A stretch of 11,086 bases of DNA from Dictyostelium discoideum (lineage: Eukaryota). The position numbers and the translations under genes are program-made. Each line of letters begins with the position of its first letter. Positions within the stretch are counted from its first letter, which is position 1. Positions 7,926 through 11,086 of this stretch are shown here, one piece after another. The notes below the pieces were generated by a model. It was not told the DNA's origin, did no database searches, and saw only the letters and a list, made by a program, of their open reading frames with translations. The DNA lies in contig CH709148.1 of the NCBI GenBank assembly GCA_000004695.1, positions 1 through 11,086 on the forward strand. The letters are read 5' to 3'.

Positions 7926-9039
7926 AAGAAAGAACACACAGGAATCGTCAGAGCATTCACTGACTATATTGACTTCAGAATACTTATAAATCCACCATTC
8001 TGAACGTCAATGGAAGCAATGAACTGATTCAGAATTGGTTGGTTTATCGTGCCTCTATCGGGATGTATCCCTAAGGCGAGATTAAAGAAACTGAACTGAA
8101 TGCCGCTAAAGCAAATTCATGCAGCTGATTTTAAAACACCGGTAATAGTGGAGATGGATACCAATCATATGATAAGGTTGATGAGGATGTTAATATAGAA
8201 GTGAAGACAACCTTAATATAACATATGTTAGAGTCAAGGAATACGATAAAGGAAAGAATAAATGAGGTCATTTTAAAATTATTGACGAAAGAGTAATCAA
8301 GAAGAGAAGGACAGAAGGTCATCAAAGTGATAATGAGGATAACAATAGCGATGATATCAGTGGCTACGACAGTGGATAAAAGAAGGTGCATCATATGGGC
8401 TTCTTTTGTGCTCATCTTCCTTCTCTTCTTCTGTCGAAGAGAAGCATTAAGCTCAGGCATCTCCTGGACTCCCTGTTCGAGATTCCACTTACAAGTGAAC
8501 TTCAATGAACATATAATCAATGCCTGTCTCAGCAAGATCTATGAGAGAGAATGGGAGACACAGTACCCCAGAGCATGAGAATTATTAATAAGCACGGAGA
8601 GAATTATTAATACCTTCCTCTTTCTCAGATTGGTTGTTATGAAGGGTTCAAGGTCCTACCTTATCATTTAGGACTTTGTTGGTGTCTTATCAATAAAAGA
8701 TATTGGATTTGGATGCATCAATACTATTCTCTTTAATATGGGTCCTTATTACTATGTTATGGACTTTTTCTACAATGAAAAGTATACTTTTCATTGTAGT
8801 AAAAGTCCAAGAAAAGTTTATGTCCTCTCCGACTGATGACGACAACAACATATCAAACGAGGTTATAGACAGTGGTTCAATCTCAGTAAGATAGGAGGAG
8901 GAGGAGACTGTAGGAAGAGGTGCCTTGAAAGTCTTGTTCAAGGAGGAATCGATTTTGAGAGCAAGACACGTAGACTAAACCAGTGAAGGGTACCTGAACG
9001 TTAAGTAATTAATATATGTCACATATTACAGAGGACAAT
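7926..9039. other. Unassigned GC-richer sequence with only short overlapping ORFs on both strands; probably a degenerate repeat-element interior
   Basis: No ORF over 134 aa, no recognisable motif, and a base composition unlike the AT-rich intergenic DNA here. The right end abuts the inner end of the ITR copy at 9040. Confidence 0.2.
8761..8808. repeat. 48-bp near-perfect palindrome (22-bp arms GGACTTTTTCTACAATGAAAAG / CTTTTCATTGTAGTAAAAGTCC, 4-nt TATA spacer, 1 mismatch)
   Basis: Direct reading. It explains the mirrored peptide WTF(S/T)TMKSILFIV in ORFs on both strands (8703-8894 plus, 8690-8941 minus). Confidence 0.85.
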
Positions 9040-9344
9040 TAATAAAGAGAAATAATTATTTGTATAAAATTTGTGTGTGTATCTTAAATATATAGGAAGA
9101 ATTCCCAAATAAAATAAATCAAATTGTTTTAGTTTTTAGTGTCACTATTTATACGTTTTTATTTTCTTAAAAATTTCGCAAACTCAAAAAAAAAAGTGTT
9201 TTCGACCCTTCACAATTTCGTGCATTGTGTCGGTTCGGAATTTTTATGTTTTTCGACCTTGCGCAATGATCGCGTCATTGTGCCGGTTCGAAATTTTTAC
9301 TTTTCTTTTGAAAATTTTTTTTTATTCTTCGAATGTTCTAGAAC
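9040..9344 (-). mobile_element. DIRS-1-like ITR copy (left-ITR-type inner end), truncated about 65 bp at the outer end where it joins the retrotransposon pro sequence
   Basis: Reverse-complement match to 10070-10385 and direct match to 3728-3958. Heat-shock element at 9325-9344. The junction reads GTTCTAGAAC|GTGGTTC. Confidence 0.6.
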
Positions 9345-9928
9345 GTGGTTCTTCATATCTTTTAAAATCAACCTCTTATTGATTAAACTAACATTACTTC
9401 CAGTATCGAGAATTAATTTGAATTGTTTTTCTTTGGAATGAGAGTTAATTATAATCTTGGGTTTATCCATGTTTTCTCTGTTTGGAACGATTAAACATTT
9501 GAGAGTCGGAATGAGAGCAGTATCACTTGTACCAGTACTATGTAATAATGAGATGATTGGTTTGTTTGTTTCTTTATCGAATTTAATTGTGTAAAGCAAT
9601 CCATCTTCTTCATCGTTAATTAATTCTTTACCAGAATTTAATATCTTTGGACGATTGAATATATTTACGGTATAGTTTTTATCTTGAACATTTGTTAACT
9701 CTGTTGGAGTATTAAATTCAATCTTCTGTGGTTTATACTTCATCTCTGATTCCACAGATTTTGGAATTGGAACGGTTGAACTAGTTTTATACCATATGAG
9801 TCTTTGACGTATTGTTTAAGTTTGTTGATGTTTTTATGAACATCTTGTTGCTGGCTTTGTTGATGTAACTGTTTAACAATGTTTTGATTATAAAAAGAGT
9901 TAAGAGTATAAAGTGAATCTTTGTTTAT
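9345..9928 (-). pseudogene. Second copy of the Skipper-like gag C-term / pro N-term, including the retropepsin active site (LILDTGSNVSLI); broken by an 8-bp deletion
   Basis: 9591-9928 matches 18-367. ORF 9297-9755 carries DTG. The deletion of TATCAGGA relative to copy 1 near 9770 shifts the frame. The final 15 residues of that ORF are read from ITR sequence, not from protease. Confidence 0.7.
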
Positions 9929-10040
9929 ATTATCATATATATATATATATATATATAATGAATAACATTTGAATTTCCCAATTTATATTATCATATATAT
10001 ATATATATATATATTATGAATAACATTTATTTATTTGAAT
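9929..10040. repeat. Junction with a tandemly duplicated ~50-bp ITR outer terminus (TATATTATCA(TA)nATGAATAACATTT...GAATTTCCCA appears twice)
   Basis: Direct reading; (TA)8-9 microsatellites are present in both units. Confidence 0.6.
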
Positions 10041-11086
10041 TTCCCAAATATTTAAGATAATTTTTTAGAATGTTCTAGAACATTCGAAGAATAAAAAATT
10101 TTCGAAAGAAAAGTAAAAATTTTGAACCGGCACAATGACGCGATAATTGCGCAAGGTCGAAAAACTGAAAAATTCCGAACCGACACTATGCACAAAGTTG
10201 TGAAGGGTCGAAAACTCTTATTTTTTTGAGTTTTGCGAAATTTTTAAGAAAATAAAAACGTATAAATAGTGGCACAAAAAACTAAAACAATTTGATTTAT
10301 TTTATTTGGGAATTCCTCCTATATATATTTAAGATACACACACACACAAATTTTATACAAATAATTATTTCTCTTTATTAATTTTTAATATTATTATTTT
10401 TCTCATATTATAATTTTAGATATCAACAATAAAATATGTCTACCACTGTTAATAATAATGATGCCTCTAGTAGTAGTACCTCTGCCTCTAATAGCGCTGA
10501 ATCCTTTGATTTAAGAATGAAATCAATGGAGGATCAAATCAACAACCTTTCTTTAGCCTTTACAAGATTCATGAAAGAACCTATGTTCTCATCTAATACC
10601 AATTCACGTAGCCAACCTTCTCATGATAACTCTGACACCGAGAATGAACAAAGTGATGATGAATCAAGTAACAATGTCGATGTTCCAACCGATTATCAAT
10701 AATCCGATACCTTACTTGGTCAGTACAAACATATGGTAAACAATCAAGGTTTACTCGTCGAAGAAGAATGTATCCTCAAGAAAGATGAGATATCCGAATT
10801 GAATAAAGTATTCAACTTTCCATCTAACTTCCAAGTGAATGTCGCTCCATTCGGTACACCTGAAGGTATTACTGTATCATCCAACGTCAAGAACAATGAT
10901 ACTGAATTGTTGATTGTTGAAAAGCGAATCAACGATAGCTTGAAACCTTTGCTTCTCATGTCAAGTATGTTATCATCTGATAGCTCTAATGTCGATGTAG
11001 AACTTATTAGTTACTTAACTCAGAGTGCAATCATCTTAGCTGTTAATGCTCAAGCATCGCTTAGTCGTGTCCGTCGTAACAACATC
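10006..11086 (+). mobile_element. Left end of a DIRS-1-like tyrosine-recombinase retroelement: left ITR (10006-10390) plus the start of ORF1, running off the window
   Basis: ITR with heat-shock element at 10067-10092. The ORF begins 45 bp after the ITR. Orientation is opposite to the other two ITR copies. Confidence 0.6.
10436..11086 (+). CDS. DIRS-1-like ORF1 (gag-like), open to the window end apart from one in-frame TAA at 10700-10702; possibly a pseudogene
   Basis: ORF track 10436-10702. The same frame stays open from 10703 to 11086 (...GLLVEEECILKKDEISELNKVFNFPSNFQVNVAPFGTPEGITVSS...). Relative to the 7620 copy there is a 24-bp in-frame insertion and TTA changed to TAA. Confidence 0.5.

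Noticed and set aside
7803-8003. 66-aa plus-strand ORF overlapping the end of the ORF1 fragment
   Set aside because: Alternative frame of the ORF1-like fragment continuing into unassigned DNA; no support.
8131-8941. Four overlapping ORFs on both strands (8131-8535 minus, 8327-8578 plus, 8690-8941 minus, 8703-8894 plus)
   Set aside because: Mutually overlapping on opposite strands with no motifs. The 8690/8703 pair is produced by the 48-bp palindrome. Treated as non-coding.
9139-9441. 100-aa plus-strand ORF
   Set aside because: Same ITR-derived pseudo-ORF as 3752-3976, running on into the antisense strand of the protease fragment.
10744-10959. 71-aa minus-strand ORF
   Set aside because: Antisense to the long open ORF1-like frame that runs 10436-11086.

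Overview
The window is very AT-rich with poly-Asn/Gln coding tracts and looks like Dictyostelium (social amoeba) nuclear DNA. It is a nested mosaic of transposable-element fragments, not an ordinary gene region. (1) Three fragments of one Ty3/gypsy-type LTR retrotransposon (Skipper-like) are present. Together they carry a gag N-terminus, a capsid-like domain, a CCHC zinc knuckle and a retropepsin DTG site. They lie at 1-1640 (minus), 4110-4563 (minus, deleted), 4787-5069 (plus) and 9345-9928 (minus). (2) Three copies of a ~330-bp inverted-terminal-repeat sequence with perfect heat-shock elements (DIRS-1-like ITR) lie at 3700-4035, 9040-9344 and 10006-10390. The last is followed by an ORF1-like gene running off the window (10436-11086). 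A further ORF1 5' fragment sits at 7620-7925. (3) Two 97-98% identical ~750-bp copies of an unclassified element bounded by ~25-bp terminal inverted repeats (CACAGCnAAGAAAAA...) lie at 5070-5815 and 6852-7610. Each is packed with GGTAATTTTAAA-type subterminal repeats and has a central tRNA-like pol III box A/box B module. The two copies are in direct orientation and bracket a 1-kb segment holding a frameshifted minus-strand ORF and an (AAT)n microsatellite. Other features are a 43-bp x4 tandem array upstream of the retrotransposon gag, a small N/Q-rich ORF (2953-3192), a 48-bp near-perfect palindrome (8761-8808) and about 1.1 kb of GC-richer unassigned sequence (7926-9040). The architecture matches the DIRS-1/Skipper clusters known from Dictyostelium centromeric regions. 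The TIR element pair with its tRNA-like core is the least explained and most interesting structure. Family names come from remembered hallmarks, not from a database search.
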